Origin: a plasmid
Sequence record: NZ_AP023324.1
Strand: one strand, 5' to 3'
Length of the DNA: 64,000 nt
The position numbers and the translations under genes are program-made. Positions 43,555 through 56,115 of the stretch are shown in pieces. Below the pieces are notes generated by a model, which saw nothing but the letters and a program-made list of their open reading frames with translations, was not told the DNA's origin and did no database searches. How positions within the stretch are numbered: position 1 is the first letter of the stretch; each line of letters opens with the position of its first letter.

Positions 43555-44990
43555 TTATCGCGGTCGTGCCGGCGAGGGGAGGTTCTGACCGTTAAAGTGA
43601 AACTGCCTCCAGGACGTCCGCTTGAGGTCAATGTCGCCGCCCAAGGCCTCTCCCGGCGCGTCCGTCAGTCCCACCAGATCAATATGCAACCAAGCAAAGT
43701 GCCGCGCGCCGTCGCCATGTATATTGTCGGTCAGGCGTGGGCGCGCCATCCGGGTGTCGGTTGCCGTCAGGCGTTCGTAGCTGTGCGTACCAGTCATGCG
43801 TGCTGACAGGATGAAGGGAACGCCGTCGCATTCCTGAATGTCGATGAACCCCGAACAGTCGCGCCCACCCAAAAGCGTAGCATAGCCAGCGGCATGGGGC
43901 CCGCGAATATGATCGAGCTTTAGGGCATAGCGAATGCGGTTGAGCTGCGCGCTGTTGCTGTCGAGTGCGCAAGCCGCCCGATCACCCATGCCGATCACGT
44001 GTCCGGCGATCTCGCCGTCAGAGACATCCTGCACGCTGCTGGAGATTCCCAAGCGGGCGGGGCGGTCACGGCCGCTCAGCAGGATGATCGGCTGGGCGAA
44101 GTCGCGGGCCAACCCAATGCCTGTGACGCATTGCGAAGCAGTAAAATCGCGAATCCACCAGTCGCGCACCCCGAACGTATCAAAGGATCCTCGCTGCACA
44201 CATAGATGGCAGCCGCTGAGGACCGCGAGATACGTGGGCGCAGATGGTGGATGGTTTGGCCGCCTACGATCGACAGGCCGCGCGCGTGGGCATCAGCGAC
44301 CACTAGATCTTTGGTCGCGATGTTGCGGCACGTCCGACCGTCGCCAAAATAGCTGACGACCGCGAACCCGTCGTCACCCGAGGTGAAGACGCTGCAGTTC
44401 GTGAAGGACAGGTCCTCAGACCCGTGGGTGACATGGATACCGTCGGCGCGCGTGTCTTCAACTCGCAGCCCGGCGACGCTGCCGTCGTGTGCACCGAAGA
44501 ACATTGCGCCCGATCCCGCAAACCCCTTGGCAGTCCCATCGGCATCGATGCGTACGTTAGAGATGCTGAAACCCGATGCGGTGACGACCAGCCCGCAATG
44601 CGTCAATTGAGTGCCACGTTTTGTGCTAGTGCCCGTCAGCCTGACGTTGCGTAGCGCCGTCCCTTTTCCAGATAAGAACACCGTGCCCTGATCCGGCGAG
44701 GTCGCGCGCAGCGTGCACCCGCGCCCGTCGAACGCAATGCCGTCCAGCCGCAACGGACCCGTATGGGCATAGACCGCCGGGCTTCGCCCAGGATCGTACC
44801 GATCCCTTGCGCCTTGGCCTGTTCGACCGCCGCGTTGATCGCGCCGGTCTGGTCGCGAGTGCGATCCGATACGATGCCGAAAGAGGCAAGCGTCCGGGTA
44901 GCCTGTGGCCGCCCCGGCCTGATCAGTCAGATCGCGGCCCGGGCTGGGATGGCCATCAGAAGGCGTTGTCATGCCGGATGACGAAGATCG
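43555..44990 (-). CDS. Right-handed parallel beta-helix (pectin-lyase-fold) protein, a candidate polysaccharide lyase or depolymerase; frame break near 44150
   Basis: Repetitive beta-helix coil text: ...NVRLTGTSTKRGTQLTHCGLVVTASGFSISNVRIDADGTAKGFAGSGAMFFGAHDGSVAGLRVEDTRADGIHVTHGSEDLSFTNCSVFTSGDDGFAVVSY. Confidence 0.5.
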
Positions 44991-45017
44991 TGCGGAAAAT
45001 GATCCAGATATCGCGGT

Positions 45018-46347
45018 TCATCGACCAGTTGCGCAAATATTCGGGTCGGATGCTAGACGGTTGGATAGGTCACTGGCTAAGATCGTCGCCCCGCGAAAGC
45101 CACGAATCTGGGCTAGACCCGTCACACCGGGCTTGACCACGTGGCGGTGCCGATAACGATCGTCGATTTCCCAGTACAGGCGTTCGGCGGCCTTGGCCGA
45201 CAGGGCGTGCGGGCGCGGTCCAACGATGCTCATCTCGCCACGCAGCACGTTAAGCAACTGCGGAAGTTCGTCGATACTATTGCGCCGAATGAATTGTCCC
45301 ACCCGCGTCACTCGGCTGTCATTGCGGGCGGTCAGAACGCTAGCCGACGGGTCGCACTTGTCGGTATGCATGCTGCGGAACTTGAACATCATGAACAGAA
45401 CGTTGTCTCGGCCGATGCGCTGTTGCCGGAACATAACCGGGCCGGGCGATTCTAGCTTGATTGCGATGGCCACCGCCAGCAGCACCGGCCCGAGCAGGGT
45501 CAGCGCTAACAGCGAGACCACAATGTCGAACGCGCGCTTAATAATTCGAGCGCGCAGGTGCAGTGGGCCCGTTGAGACAACCAGCGTACGCAGGCCGCGA
45601 TGTTCGCTGATCCCCAGAACGCCAATCTGATCCACCTCTGGTGCGATGATCTGCCCGTCGACCGCCATGCATTTCAAAACATGTGACCATGAGGGTACGC
45701 GATCGTCGTTACAGGCCACAAGTACCCGGTCGGCCTTACCGATCAGCTTCGCCAAGCGGTCATATTCCATCGGATCGTCAGTGAGAGGGTCGAACCCGAT
45801 TGAATTCGTATTGATCACCTTATCCTGTGGCGCGGCTTCCGGATATATTGTCGACGAGCACGATCTGGCTGAACACCTGATCATTCAACCGGCGCAGGAT
45901 CATGCGTCCGACGAATAGCCGTTCGACAATTAGTAAGGTTATTGAGCAAAAGGTGCCGCTCAAAAAATCACGCGCGAGAAATTCTCGCCTACCTTGAAAG
46001 AATAGGCAACGATCAGCGTCACCGCAGCTGCGAGACCAGAGCGCGTACGGCCTTGAACGCGCCGACGCGCGGGTCGCCGAGCGTGGGATTACTATAGGCG
46101 CCGTTAATACCAGCAAAGCCAGGAACGTCGGAATGATCACCGACATCATGGTTACGCCATGCGATGCAAGCCAGTCACCGATATAGAGCTTGTTGACGAC
46201 GAAGAAGCTAGCCGCGACAGTGCATATATCGACGACGGTCAGCGCAAGGTAATAGCGGATCCTACGATATTCCATGTTCTGGATGACGGGCATGTCAAAA
46301 ATATCCGCGTTGGCCCGATCGTGCGTCCCACTGATGTGCGTGGTCAT
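45018..46347 (-). CDS. Polyprenyl-phosphate glycosyl-1-phosphate transferase (WbaP/ExoY-type bacterial sugar transferase); frame break near 45850
   Basis: C-terminal catalytic text FDIVVSLLALTLLGPVLLAVAIAIKLESPGPVMFRQQRIGRDNVLFMMFKFRSMHTD...IDELPQLLNVLRGEMSIVGPRPH. N-terminal TM helices are present. Confidence 0.75.
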
Positions 46348-46499
46348 TTCATAATCGGCAAGGATGCGCTGGTGTTGCGGGCGAAAGATGACGTCCGGGC
46401 AAGATGAATGTGAAGTTTCACCACATGGTCCGGGAAAGGCAGTGCTGTCTACGCCCCGGATCTCGGTATCTGTCGCGGCGTATGACAAAACGACAATGC

Positions 46500-47774
46500 T
46501 AATGGCCTGCTGGGCAGAATTTGGCAAGCGATATGCAGACATGAATGGGGCCGGGCCCGTCGATCGTTTCAGGTGGTGGCATGCAGTCGCTGACGGATCA
46601 TCCGGCGGACTACCAGCGTGATCGTCACACTGAGGGCCGTGTTTTGAAAAAGCACCGCTAGCGCCACCGTTTCCATCACCCCTAGCATCTGGGTGAGCGA
46701 CAACGTTAGGCAGAAGGTCGCGAAACCGATGCCCCCCCCGATCACCCACCAGCGTTCCTGATGTAACGCGGTTACAGCCAAACCGAAGGGTGAAGCGGCA
46801 CAGGTCACCATTGCGCTGAGGAACAGCGGCGTTGCGGGCAACCGGGATCACCAGCGTCTTCCATCCCAGCATCCCCATCACCACTACCCCGACGATTGCA
46901 GAGGGGATGTAGATCAGGGCGAACAGGGCCGACAGGCGGCCGTTCTGGCGGATGATCTTTACTACCATGGGCATGTCATTGTTTGCTGCGGCAGTGATGA
47001 TCCGCGGGGAGTAGGCAATCGCCAGCCCGTGCAGGAACACCGAAATCGCCGAGGACAGCTTGCGCACCACCTCGAACGTTGCGACGCGCTGCGGCGCCAA
47101 GCAAGGTCAGCGCCAGCGTCGGCATATTTTCAGTCGCCGAGCTGATGATGCCGCTAAACAGGAAGGTACGGCTTTCCAGCCAGAGTAGGCGGATCTGTCG
47201 TCGGTCAATGGTCATCGCTCCCGCCGGCGCGACCCGCGCAGCATGAGCGAGAGCAGGGCGGGTGTCATATAAGCGAGCGCCATAATAATCGCGATCGCCT
47301 GCCAGCGCAGCGGCCATCGCATCAGGGCGCTGACGACAAAGCTGGCCGAGGTGATTGAGGGGGGCAGGATGTAGAACAGCAGAACCGAGGTCATCTGCCG
47401 CTCGTGTGCGATCTGGCGGACCTCCTCCAGCTTGGTAAGCAGGATTGAAAGCACCGCTAGCGCGAAGATGAGCGCCCCGTTGGCGAGGCGAACCCTGTCC
47501 CAGCCAGCCCGGCCATGACCATGCCGACGATCGACATGAAGACCATAACGATATGCGACGCAGGTATCTGCGCACGATCGGGAAGCAGCAGTGCACGCAT
47601 ATAGCCTTGGCTGGCATATTGCGCCACGGGCCCGACGATCATCATCGCGAGCGCAAAGGAGGTGGCGCCAAGGCCATATTGCCGTGCGTCGAGGAAAATC
47701 GCGGCGGTCAGCGACGGGAAGAAGCCGACGCCCCCGGCGATCAGGCGCAGGAACAGCAGGCGGGACACCTTCAT
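46500..47774 (-). CDS. Wzx-type polysaccharide flippase (polysaccharide biosynthesis protein family); heavily frame-disrupted (at least 4 fragments)
   Basis: The fragments MKVSRLLFLRLIAGGVGFFPSLTAAIFLDARQYGLGATSFALAMMIVGP..., ...LSALFALIYIPSAIVGVVVMGMLGWKTLVIPVA and ...TLSLTQMLGVMETVALAVLFQNTALSV tile the region on one strand. Confidence 0.5.
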
Positions 47775-47901
47775 CGCGCAGCATCATCCAGTGGGGCTAC
47801 CATCTCGGCTGTGACCTGACGCCATGTCCGGGGATGGTCTGGCCAGCGGCGTTCGCATGCCAGTGCCCGCTCGACCGCACGCAACAGCGATGCGTCATCG
47901 C

Positions 47902-48870
47902 CTACCGTATAGCCGAAGCGAAGCGGATGACCCCTTGCGCGAAGTCCGGGCAGATCGCGGGCAGGCCGATCGCGGCGAACTGCATTAGTTTCATCGAGGT
48001 GTCGACGAGATAGTCCGCCATGCTGGCCGACCGGTAGGGAGCGATCCCGAAGCGGGCATGCTGGATATAGGGGATGGTGTCCTCAAATCCCATTTCCGAA
48101 ATCCAGTGAAGATTTTCGCGGTCCTGCCCGTCATGGCCCGATCCAATGACGTGAAAATCAATATGCGGAAAGGCCTTGGCCGCGACGTCGAATACGCTTG
48201 GATCGAACAACATACTGCCCACCGAAACTGCCGAAGTGCGTCCGGCATAGGGATCGGGCCGCTCGGCAAAAAAGGTTTCGGCCAGCCCGTGGGGGATGAT
48301 CCGGTGGTGGGCGATGCAAGTATGGTCGGCCGCCATGCGCGCGGAGGGCAGGCGCGCATAGTCGATCAACGGCGCCGCCTTCTCCAACGCGTGCTCGTAG
48401 AAGCGTGCCATGCCGATGGTGCGCAACGTGTCCGATGCGCTGTAGATGATCCGCGCGTCCGGATTGCGGCGCGCAATCTCGGGGATTAGGGCGACGGCGC
48501 TCCCCGATTCCACGATGATGGTGCGCGCACGGCGGACCATGACGTTGACCCGGTGCGGCATGATGCGGGCATAGAGGGCACTGGCTACCGCGTTCCACGC
48601 GGCCAGTCCCGCCGGGCGCAGGTTCACGGGATGCAGCATCGAATACCATAAATGGCTTTCTACCGCACTACCCGCTGGCGAGGGGACGTTGCGCAATTCG
48701 TGGCGCTGGTCGCGCCCCCGCAATGTCGACAGTGCGCTGGAATGGGTGGCGAGGAACATCGTCTCGCCGAGGCGGCTAAGTTCATCGGCGATGAAGTGCA
48801 GGTCGACGCGCCTCTTCGTGCGATAATCGTGGGTGGCAGTGACGATTAGATAGGGGGGATCGAAGGTCAT
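47902..48870 (-). CDS. GumK-like (GT70) glucuronosyltransferase
   Basis: 322 aa. The text blocks LIVTATHDYRTKRRVDLHFIADEL, AVSVGSMLFDPSVFDVAAKAFPHIDFHVIGSG, HARFGIAPYRSA and YLVDTSMKLMQFAAIGLPAICP correspond to the conserved GumK blocks as I recall them from Xanthomonas GumK. This needs alignment confirmation. Confidence 0.65.
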   Translation of the reverse strand: MTFDPPYLIVTATHDYRTKRRVDLHFIADELSRLGETMFLATHSSALSTLRGRDQRHELRNVPSPAGSAVESHLWYSMLHPVNLRPAGLAAWNAVASALYARIMPHRVNVMVRRARTIIVESGSAVALIPEIARRNPDARIIYSASDTLRTIGMARFYEHALEKAAPLIDYARLPSARMAADHTCIAHHRIIPHGLAETFFAERPDPYAGRTSAVSVGSMLFDPSVFDVAAKAFPHIDFHVIGSGHDGQDRENLHWISEMGFEDTIPYIQHARFGIAPYRSASMADYLVDTSMKLMQFAAIGLPAICPDFAQGVIRFASAIR

Positions 48871-48872
48871 CT

Positions 48873-50034
48873 TTAGTGCTGGGTCCCGAAGCCGGACAGA
48901 TAGGCGGCGTGTTCGATAGCCACTGCCGACCGTGCAAATCCCGCCGCATGGGCGATGCGATCCTCCGGGGTGCCTAGGGGTGTGGTCGTCGACAAGTGCC
49001 GGATCATCGCATCAGCCAGCGCGACGGGGTCGCCGGGGGGGACCAAGGTGCCCAGCTCAGGCCGGGTTATGATGTCCTCCGGCCCGAAATCGCAGCGCGC
49101 GGCGATGACGGGCAGTCCGGCGCTCAGCGCCTCGACGATGGCTACGCCGAAGCCTTCCCAGCGCGAGGCGCTGACGAAAGCGCTGGCGGCTGCCAGCTCT
49201 TGCGATGGGTCAGAGATCATCCCCTTGAGGATCACGTTGCGCGTTAAGTCCAGTGTCTCGACCAACGCGGCCAGCGCCTGATGCTCCGGCCCGCCGCCAA
49301 CGATGGCGAAGGTCGCCTGGGGAAAGCGATCGACCACTGGCGGAACGCGCGGATCGCGATGTCATGCCCTTTCTGATGAGCTAGGCGTCCAACGGTCACG
49401 AAATGCTGAGCCTGCGGCGCGTGTCCGCCGACTGGGGGAAGCTGGCGCACCGGATTGGGCAAATAGCGGACCGCGCCCTTTCCGCCCAACGCGCCCAAGG
49501 TCGATCGCGCTAGGCGGTGATACCGTGACGATCCCGGCAAACCATGTCGCGGTCGCACGGTATAGAGAGAAGACGAGACGCGACTTTACCGACATCACGC
49601 GTTCGATGTCGGGGTTGCCGTGCAGATGCAGGACGATCCGGTCGCGACGTCCGTGGAGTCGGTTGTAGATCAGGCTGAGCACTGCGTTTTCAAACTGTGG
49701 TATGACGATAACGTCGAAATCGTTCGTGGCCAACACGCGGTGCAGTCCGGCCGGGACGTCACGCACTCGATCGCCCGGCCCGAATGATCCGGTAGGGGGC
49801 GTCGCGAACCTCGGGATAGTCAGTGAAATAAATGACCGACACTGCGATCGATCCGGCATGGTGTTCGACCAGTTCGGATGCGAGCTCGTGGGTCACGCGC
49901 TCCATGCCCGCGAAATGCGGGGAGGGGGGAACGAGATAGGCGACCCGGACACGCGAATTTTCAGTGAAAACGGGGGCAGAGACGAGGTTTGCGTGAGGCA
50001 GGGTTGAAGGCGGCGAGGTCATGGTCATCCACAA
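48873..50034 (-). CDS. GT4-family glycosyltransferase (at least 3 frame breaks)
   Basis: N-terminus RVAYLVPPSPHFAGMERVTHELASELVEH. C-terminus ...FVSASRWEGFGVAIVEALSAGLPVIAARCDFGPEDII. Confidence 0.65.
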
Positions 50035-50413
50035 GAGGCTTATGTGCTGACCGCACCCGGTATGGGTACGGATCCTATCCGTGCGGCGGGCATGTTAATG
50101 AAGGTACTGTTTCGTTAATGGGGAACGTTGTCGACCGCGCGGTTCGTGGCGTTCCTCGCCTTGTCGGTATTAATGGTTGTTCGTCACTCTCAGACATCGT
50201 TGGAGGGCATATGTCTGCTGGCGCGGCCCTATGCCACCAAAACCGATGCGCATAAAGGTCAGATCCTCAAATGATCCGCTTGCCTGTCTCTTTACCAGCC
50301 ATTCCGCGTCTTATATTGGACGCCAAGATAAATGAACACGGTGCGGCGGTTCGTATCCCGGTTTGCTCGTGCCACCCGGTATCGCCCCGGGCGTATGAAG
50401 GAAGCGATACCTG

Positions 50414-51717
50414 ATGTCTCCCGGCCTCTCTCCCAGACCGATTAAGGTGCAATGGTGGCATTCCCCCGCGCTGCTGATCCTCGGGTTTACGCTTCCCTTT
50501 TTCCTGCTGGTCGCTGCAATCACGCCCAGCGTCATCCGCAACGCGCCAGTCCTCGCTTCGCGCGAGATGTATCTGACCCTGTTCCGGGTAATCCAAGCGA
50601 TTAGCCTGCTTCTCGTATTCGCTGCGGGCGCCGCCTATGCGGGCAGGAAAACGTTCATCGGTAAGGTGCAGCTGTACGACGGCTGTATGGACTTCCTATT
50701 CTACCTGACGTTCGCCGCTTATATCATTTGGTTCGGACCACTCGTCCTATCCAATCCTCGGCTGATTTTGGAAACCTTTACCGGCACCGTCGGCGCGATT
50801 TATGACGTCCGTGACGAGGCACAGAATATTTCGGGTGTCACGACCGCTACGCAGTTCGGAATTTCCTATGCAATCATCTATGCAATCAAGCGGTTTCAAG
50901 ACGGTGAGATTGTGCCCCGCAAATATACCATTATGCTGGGGATCATCGGAGGGCTGGCCCTGTTCCGAGCTACCGTATACTCAGAGCGTATTGCAGTCGC
51001 AGAAATATTTATTGCAGCGTTTGTGATTTTTGTTGTTTCTTATCAATCCAGAAAACGCTATGTTAGATTAGGAATAAAATATTTTCCATTTTTGCTCTAT
51101 GCGGCAGCACCAATATTTTGCGGTGTTTGAATATCCGGAGCTGGCTCAATCACTATATTGATATTTATGACAATTTCTGGCATTTTGTCATGGATAGATT
51201 TTCATTGTATTATGTTACGTCACTCAATAATATATGTGCATTGCTAGATTATTCGCAGAATCCGACATATGATGGCGGCTGGACGTTGAACTGGTTGTAT
51301 CGATTTCCCGTCATTGGTCCGCTGCTATCCGATGAAGGCGCCAATGGTGGGGGCGTTGGACATTCGTGGTTTCTAAAATTTTTGGCTGCTTATGCGTCGC
51401 CGGAATTTAACAACACCACTGGTGTTTTGACGGTTGTCTATGACTGGGGCTGGCCACTTGGGCTGGTGCTGATGGGAATATACGGAATATTGGCGGGGCT
51501 AACCTTTGCGTCTTTTAAGAGCGGCAATGGCGTGCTGCGCTACGTCTATCCTATATTCTTATACTCGATCCTCGAGCTTCTGCGTATCGGCTATATCTAT
51601 GACGGCCGCGCCGTTGCCGCGATCATTGGGATCATTATCGCGATCGGATTCTGGAGGAAAGCTGCGGCAATGGCACCACCAATGACGATGGCCCCGGGCG
51701 GTCTTCGGCCACGATAA
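50414..51717 (+). CDS. Polytopic membrane protein, candidate Wzy-type repeat-unit polymerase (EpsG-like); frame break near 51120; AT-rich
   Basis: At least 9 predicted TM helices with no catalytic soluble domain. It lies in an exopolysaccharide locus next to an O-antigen-ligase-family gene. GC content is markedly lower than the surroundings at about 51.0-51.3 kb. Confidence 0.4.
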
Positions 51718-51813
51718 GCAGCCGTAGCCGATAAGACGGTTTCGTTTCGGATTGGCATTGGCTACACGGTGCCCTAATGCGTTTTTAAATCTTTCACTTC
51801 CTCCATACGCTCG

Positions 51814-53145
51814 ATGCCATTGGCGATCCCCTTCCTCGTGTTCATTGGGGTTTTGTGGGTCGCGGGTGGCGCCTCCCGTGCGGATGTCGCAGGGCAGGTA
51901 GTCAGCCGCGCAGCGGCATGGGTCGCCTTGGTCACGCTCATTATATTGGGTGATCGGCGCAGCCTGATCGGAGACCGCCAGGTCTTGGCGTTGTTAGTCG
52001 CCACGATTTTGCTGCCATTAGTTCAGATCATTCCGATTCCGCCATCATGGTGGTCGGGGCTGCCTGGGCGGGGCATATTTTTAGAGGCAGCCACCGCGGC
52101 CGGGATGGCGCAACCCTGGCGACCATGGGCCATTGTACCGTCTGCCGCCTGGAATGCGCTTTTCTCGTTGGTCGTGCCGCTGGCCACCTATTTCCTCATT
52201 GCGGGTTTTGGTCGAGTTGGACATCTGCTGATGCTCGGACACTACTCATATTGATTGTAGTCTCCACTGTAGTCGGCCTGATGCAATTCTCCGGCGTCAA
52301 TGTCGACAATCCGTTTGTTAACGGATCAGGCGAGGTGAACGGGATGTTCGCCAATCATAATCACTTCGCACTGTTTATTGCTATGGGCTGCCTGCTAGCT
52401 CCAATCTGGGCTTTTTGCGAATCCCGTAAGCCGGCTGGCAGCATCCGGTTGCGCTTGGATTGGTCTCGTTGTTTATCCTCACCATCCTGTCCAGTGGTTC
52501 GCGTGCGGGTATGATCGCTGGGCTGATCGGGGTGAGTGGTGGCTTTTGGTGACACAGGGGGATGCCCGTAAGGCGCTTCGGCGTTACCCGCGCTGGGTAT
52601 TCCCTGCTCTAATTGCCGCGACGCTGGTCAGTGTGACCGGACTGGTCCTTTTGAGTGTGATGTCAGACAGAGCCATGTCGATTCACCGCGCGATGACCGT
52701 TGATGTGTCACAAGATATGCGTTCCCGCGCACTGCCCGTCGTATTGAAAATGATTCGGGAATATTTTCCCATGGGATCGGGCTTTGGCGGCTTTGACCCG
52801 ATATTTCGGTTACACGAACCATTTGCCCTACTTAAGCCAACCTATTTCAACCACGCGCATAACGACTTTCTAGAGATTGTTCTTGATGCGGGACTGCCGG
52901 GGCTGATTTTGCTCATGCTGGCTATCGGATGGTGGATGTGGGGCAGCATCGATGCGTGGCGCAGTCGCGGCGAGGACGCCGGACTGCGAAGGACTGGGTC
53001 CATCATGCTGTTGATGGTCTTTGCTGCCAGCGTCTTCGACTATCCGGCCCGCACCCCGATCATCATGGCGGTGATTGTGATCGCGGCGATCTGGCTTAGC
53101 GGATATGCACGGCAATCCGCTGCATCGGCTTTACGTCAACCATAG
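51814..53145 (+). CDS. O-antigen ligase / Wzy_C-family membrane protein (2 frame breaks)
   Basis: The C-terminal fragment carries the Wzy_C-like text ...YFPMGSGFGGFDPIFRLHEPFALLKPTYFNHAHNDFLEIVLDAGLPGLILL... plus flanking TM helices. Confidence 0.55.
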
Positions 53146-53210
53146 CCGCTCGTATAGACGCCATGATTTGCACTGCCTTGCGATCCATTACCGTGGAAGC
53201 TTCCGACCTT

Positions 53211-53921
53211 ATGCGTAAGACCTGCCTTATTCTGCCGGCTATCATAATGATGTCGGCATGCTCGCATCGGGAGCCGCTGGTTTCGACGCCACAGCTGACT
53301 GTGGTCGAAAGCAGTCATGCTCTGCCTCCTCCCAATCGCAGCGATCTCACTGCGGCGGATCGTCCGGCGTTGATCGGACCCCTCGATACCATTGAGGTAG
53401 ACGTCTTCAATGTGCCCGACCTCAGCCGGGAAATGCAGGTGGATGCCAGCGGCCGGATTGTCATGCCGCTGGCGGGTGAAATCGCAGCAAGTGGGCGTAC
53501 TGCCAGCGAACTGGCTTCCGCCGTCGCGGGAGCGTTACGAAAGCGCTATATTCGTGATCCCGAAGTAACGGTAAATATCAAGAGCTCAGTGAGCCAAGTC
53601 GTGACTATTGACGGGCAGGTGGTTGAACCGGGACTTTATCCTGTAACCAACCAAATGACTTTGTTACGAGCAATCGCTTCTGCCAAGGGATTGTCCGAGT
53701 TTGCGCGGCAAGAGGATGTGGTTATTCTACGTACGGTCGAGGGGCGGCGCATGGCTGGCCTTTACAACATCGACCAAATTCGACGTGGTGCCTATGATGA
53801 CCCGGCGATCTACGCCAATGACCTAGTAATTGTTGGTGACTCCCCGCAGCGTCGCCTGTTCCGTGATTTCGTGTCGTTGTCGCCGCTCCTTGCCGGGCCG
53901 TTGATCGCCATTTTGCAATAA
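53211..53921 (+). CDS. wza: Wza/GumB-type polysaccharide export outer-membrane lipoprotein
   Basis: Lipoprotein signal MRKTCLILPAIIMMSAC. The Poly_export text is ...IGPLDTIEVDVFNVPDLSREMQVDASGRIVMPLAGEIAASGRTASELASAVAGAL. An SLBB-like segment follows. Confidence 0.8.
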   Translation: MRKTCLILPAIIMMSACSHREPLVSTPQLTVVESSHALPPPNRSDLTAADRPALIGPLDTIEVDVFNVPDLSREMQVDASGRIVMPLAGEIAASGRTASELASAVAGALRKRYIRDPEVTVNIKSSVSQVVTIDGQVVEPGLYPVTNQMTLLRAIASAKGLSEFARQEDVVILRTVEGRRMAGLYNIDQIRRGAYDDPAIYANDLVIVGDSPQRRLFRDFVSLSPLLAGPLIAILQ

Positions 53922-53932
53922 GGCCGGATTTG

Positions 53933-56112
53933 ATGAACGCTGTTACCTCCGTCCCTCAGGACGGCATCGCCGGTCCTGAAACACGATTCCCCTTCCGAGA
54001 GGGGAGCAGACTTCAATAATTCGACACTATCTACATATCGCTCAACGGTGGCGTTACGTCATTATTGGCATAACTACCGCCTGTATCTTGGTGGGATTGA
54101 TTGTAACTTTGCTTATGACACCGCAATATACTGCGGTGTCGGCCATCGAAATTGCACGAGATTCGAGCAAGGTCACTGATTTTCAAGGTGTCGAGCGCGA
54201 AACGAGCGCACTCGATCAAGAATTTTACCAAACCCAATATGGGTTGCTGCGTTCGCGGGCTTTATCTGAACGGATCGCGAACCAATTGCGCCTAGTCGAC
54301 GATGCTAAGTTTTTCGCAATGTTCGGCTATAAGAAGGATAGCCCGGCGTTTAAACTGACCAGGGGCGCTATCCGGCCAATGGCCGCGCTGAACGACTGCG
54401 GATCGCGGGCGAAATTCTGCTCGATCATCTATCCGTTAACCCTACGCGTATGTCGCGTCTAGTTGACGTTGGCTTTACCAGTCCAGACGCTGATTTCTCC
54501 GCACGCATTGCCAATGCGTGGGCCGATCAGTATATCCAAAGCAATCTTGAGCGTAAAGTTCAGGCGACATCCTATGGACGTAATCTTTTACAGCGGCAGT
54601 TAGCCCTACAGAAAGAGCGTCTAGATGAATCTCAGCGCCAGCTCGTCGGCTATGCCTCCGCGCAGCAAATTATTACCCTACCGTCCCAGACGAGCAACGG
54701 TACGACAACATCAGAACGTTCTATCGTTGCCGATGATCTTGCGGCGCTAAATTCTGCACTGTCGCAGGCAACCGCTGATCGTATTCAGGCTGAGGCGCGT
54801 TTCCAGCAGGCGGGACGTGCTGGGGCCTCAACCGAAGCGTTGCGCAACACCGCGATTAATAATCTACGCCAACGCCGTGCGGAACTGGCTGCAGAATACC
54901 AGCGGCTCATGGTGCAGTTTGAACCGGGCTATCCTGCTGCTAAAGCCGTCCAGTCCCAAATCGCTCAGCTTGATCAAGCGATCACGCGCGAAGAGGGGCG
55001 TGTGTCGGGGTCGCTCCAAGCTGACTATCGTGAAGCACAGGAGCGTGAACGTGCGCTTCAGGCTCAGGTTAATCAGCTTAAATCGCAGTATCTCGACCAG
55101 CGTCGGCGTAGCATCCAATACAATATCTACCAGCAGGAGGTTGATACCAACCGGGCTCTATACGACGGCCTGCTACAGCGTTTTAAAGAAATTGGGATTG
55201 CTGGCAGTGTTGGCGTCAATAACATTTCAATTATTGACAATGCCGATGTGCCCCAGAAACCGTCCAGTCCTCGTCTGCTATTGAATATTGCCATTGCGTT
55301 CGCTGCGGGTTTGGTCTTGGGTGGTTTGGCCGCATTCGCGCTCGAGCAGATGGATGAGGCGATTGCAGATCCGGCCGAGATTGAGCGTCGGCTTGGTCTT
55401 CCACTCCTCGGGGCTGTTCCTAATCTAAAAGATATCCGTCCGGAAGATGCTCTACGAGATCGTAAGTCAGCGCTGGTTGATGCTTATCTCGCAGTACAAA
55501 CGAACCTGTCGTTCACTACCGAACACGGCGTGCCACGGTCTTTTGCTGTTACCTCCACGCGCCCCGCTGAAGGCAAGTCTACTACCGCCTTTGCGCTAGC
55601 AACTATGTTGTCGCGCTCGCAAAGGCGGGTCGTACTGGTCGATGGCGATATGCGTTCTCCCTCAATCCACCACTTGGTCGGCATCGGGCACGACCTAGGT
55701 CTTAGTAATTTTCTGGCAGGCGAGGACAATCTGCCATCGTTGATCTTCCCAGTTGAAACCCTTGGCTTCGACGCAATGACGGCTGGGCCAATTCCACCCA
55801 ATGCTGCCGAACTTTTGACAGGCAACCGGCTTGCGATGCTGATCGAAGGTTTACTCGATCGCTATGATCACGTTGTTATCGATTCTCCCGGTCATGGGGT
55901 TGGCTGATGCGCCGCTGATTGCGTCACGCGTGGAAGGTGTCATTTACGCTGTAGAGTCGCATGGTATCAGCTCGGGTTTGGTGAAGACTGCACTGCGTCG
56001 TCTAGATAGCGCTAATGCTCGGATCTTCGGCAGCGTCTTGACTAAGTTCGAAGAGAAAAAGTCGCGCTATGGCTATGACTATGGCTATGGCTATGGACGC
56101 CAAGAAACTTGA
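53933..56112 (+). CDS. wzc: Wzc/GumC/ExoP-type polysaccharide co-polymerase with a C-terminal BY-kinase (3 frame breaks: about 54005, 54450, 55880)
   Basis: Wzz-type N-terminus with a TM helix (ITTACILVGLIVTLLMTPQYTAVSAIEI). A long coiled-coil periplasmic region follows. The second TM helix is LLLNIAIAFAAGLVLGGLAAFAL. The Walker A reads VTSTRPAEGKSTTAFALA, the Walker B region ...VVLVDGDMRSP, and the C-terminal tyrosine cluster RYGYDYGYGYGRQET*. Confidence 0.8.
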
Positions 56113-56115
56113 GTT

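Noticed and set aside
56060-56100. YGYDYGYGYG tandem repeat
   Set aside because: It is not a DNA repeat artefact. It is the expected C-terminal tyrosine autophosphorylation cluster of a Wzc-type BY-kinase.
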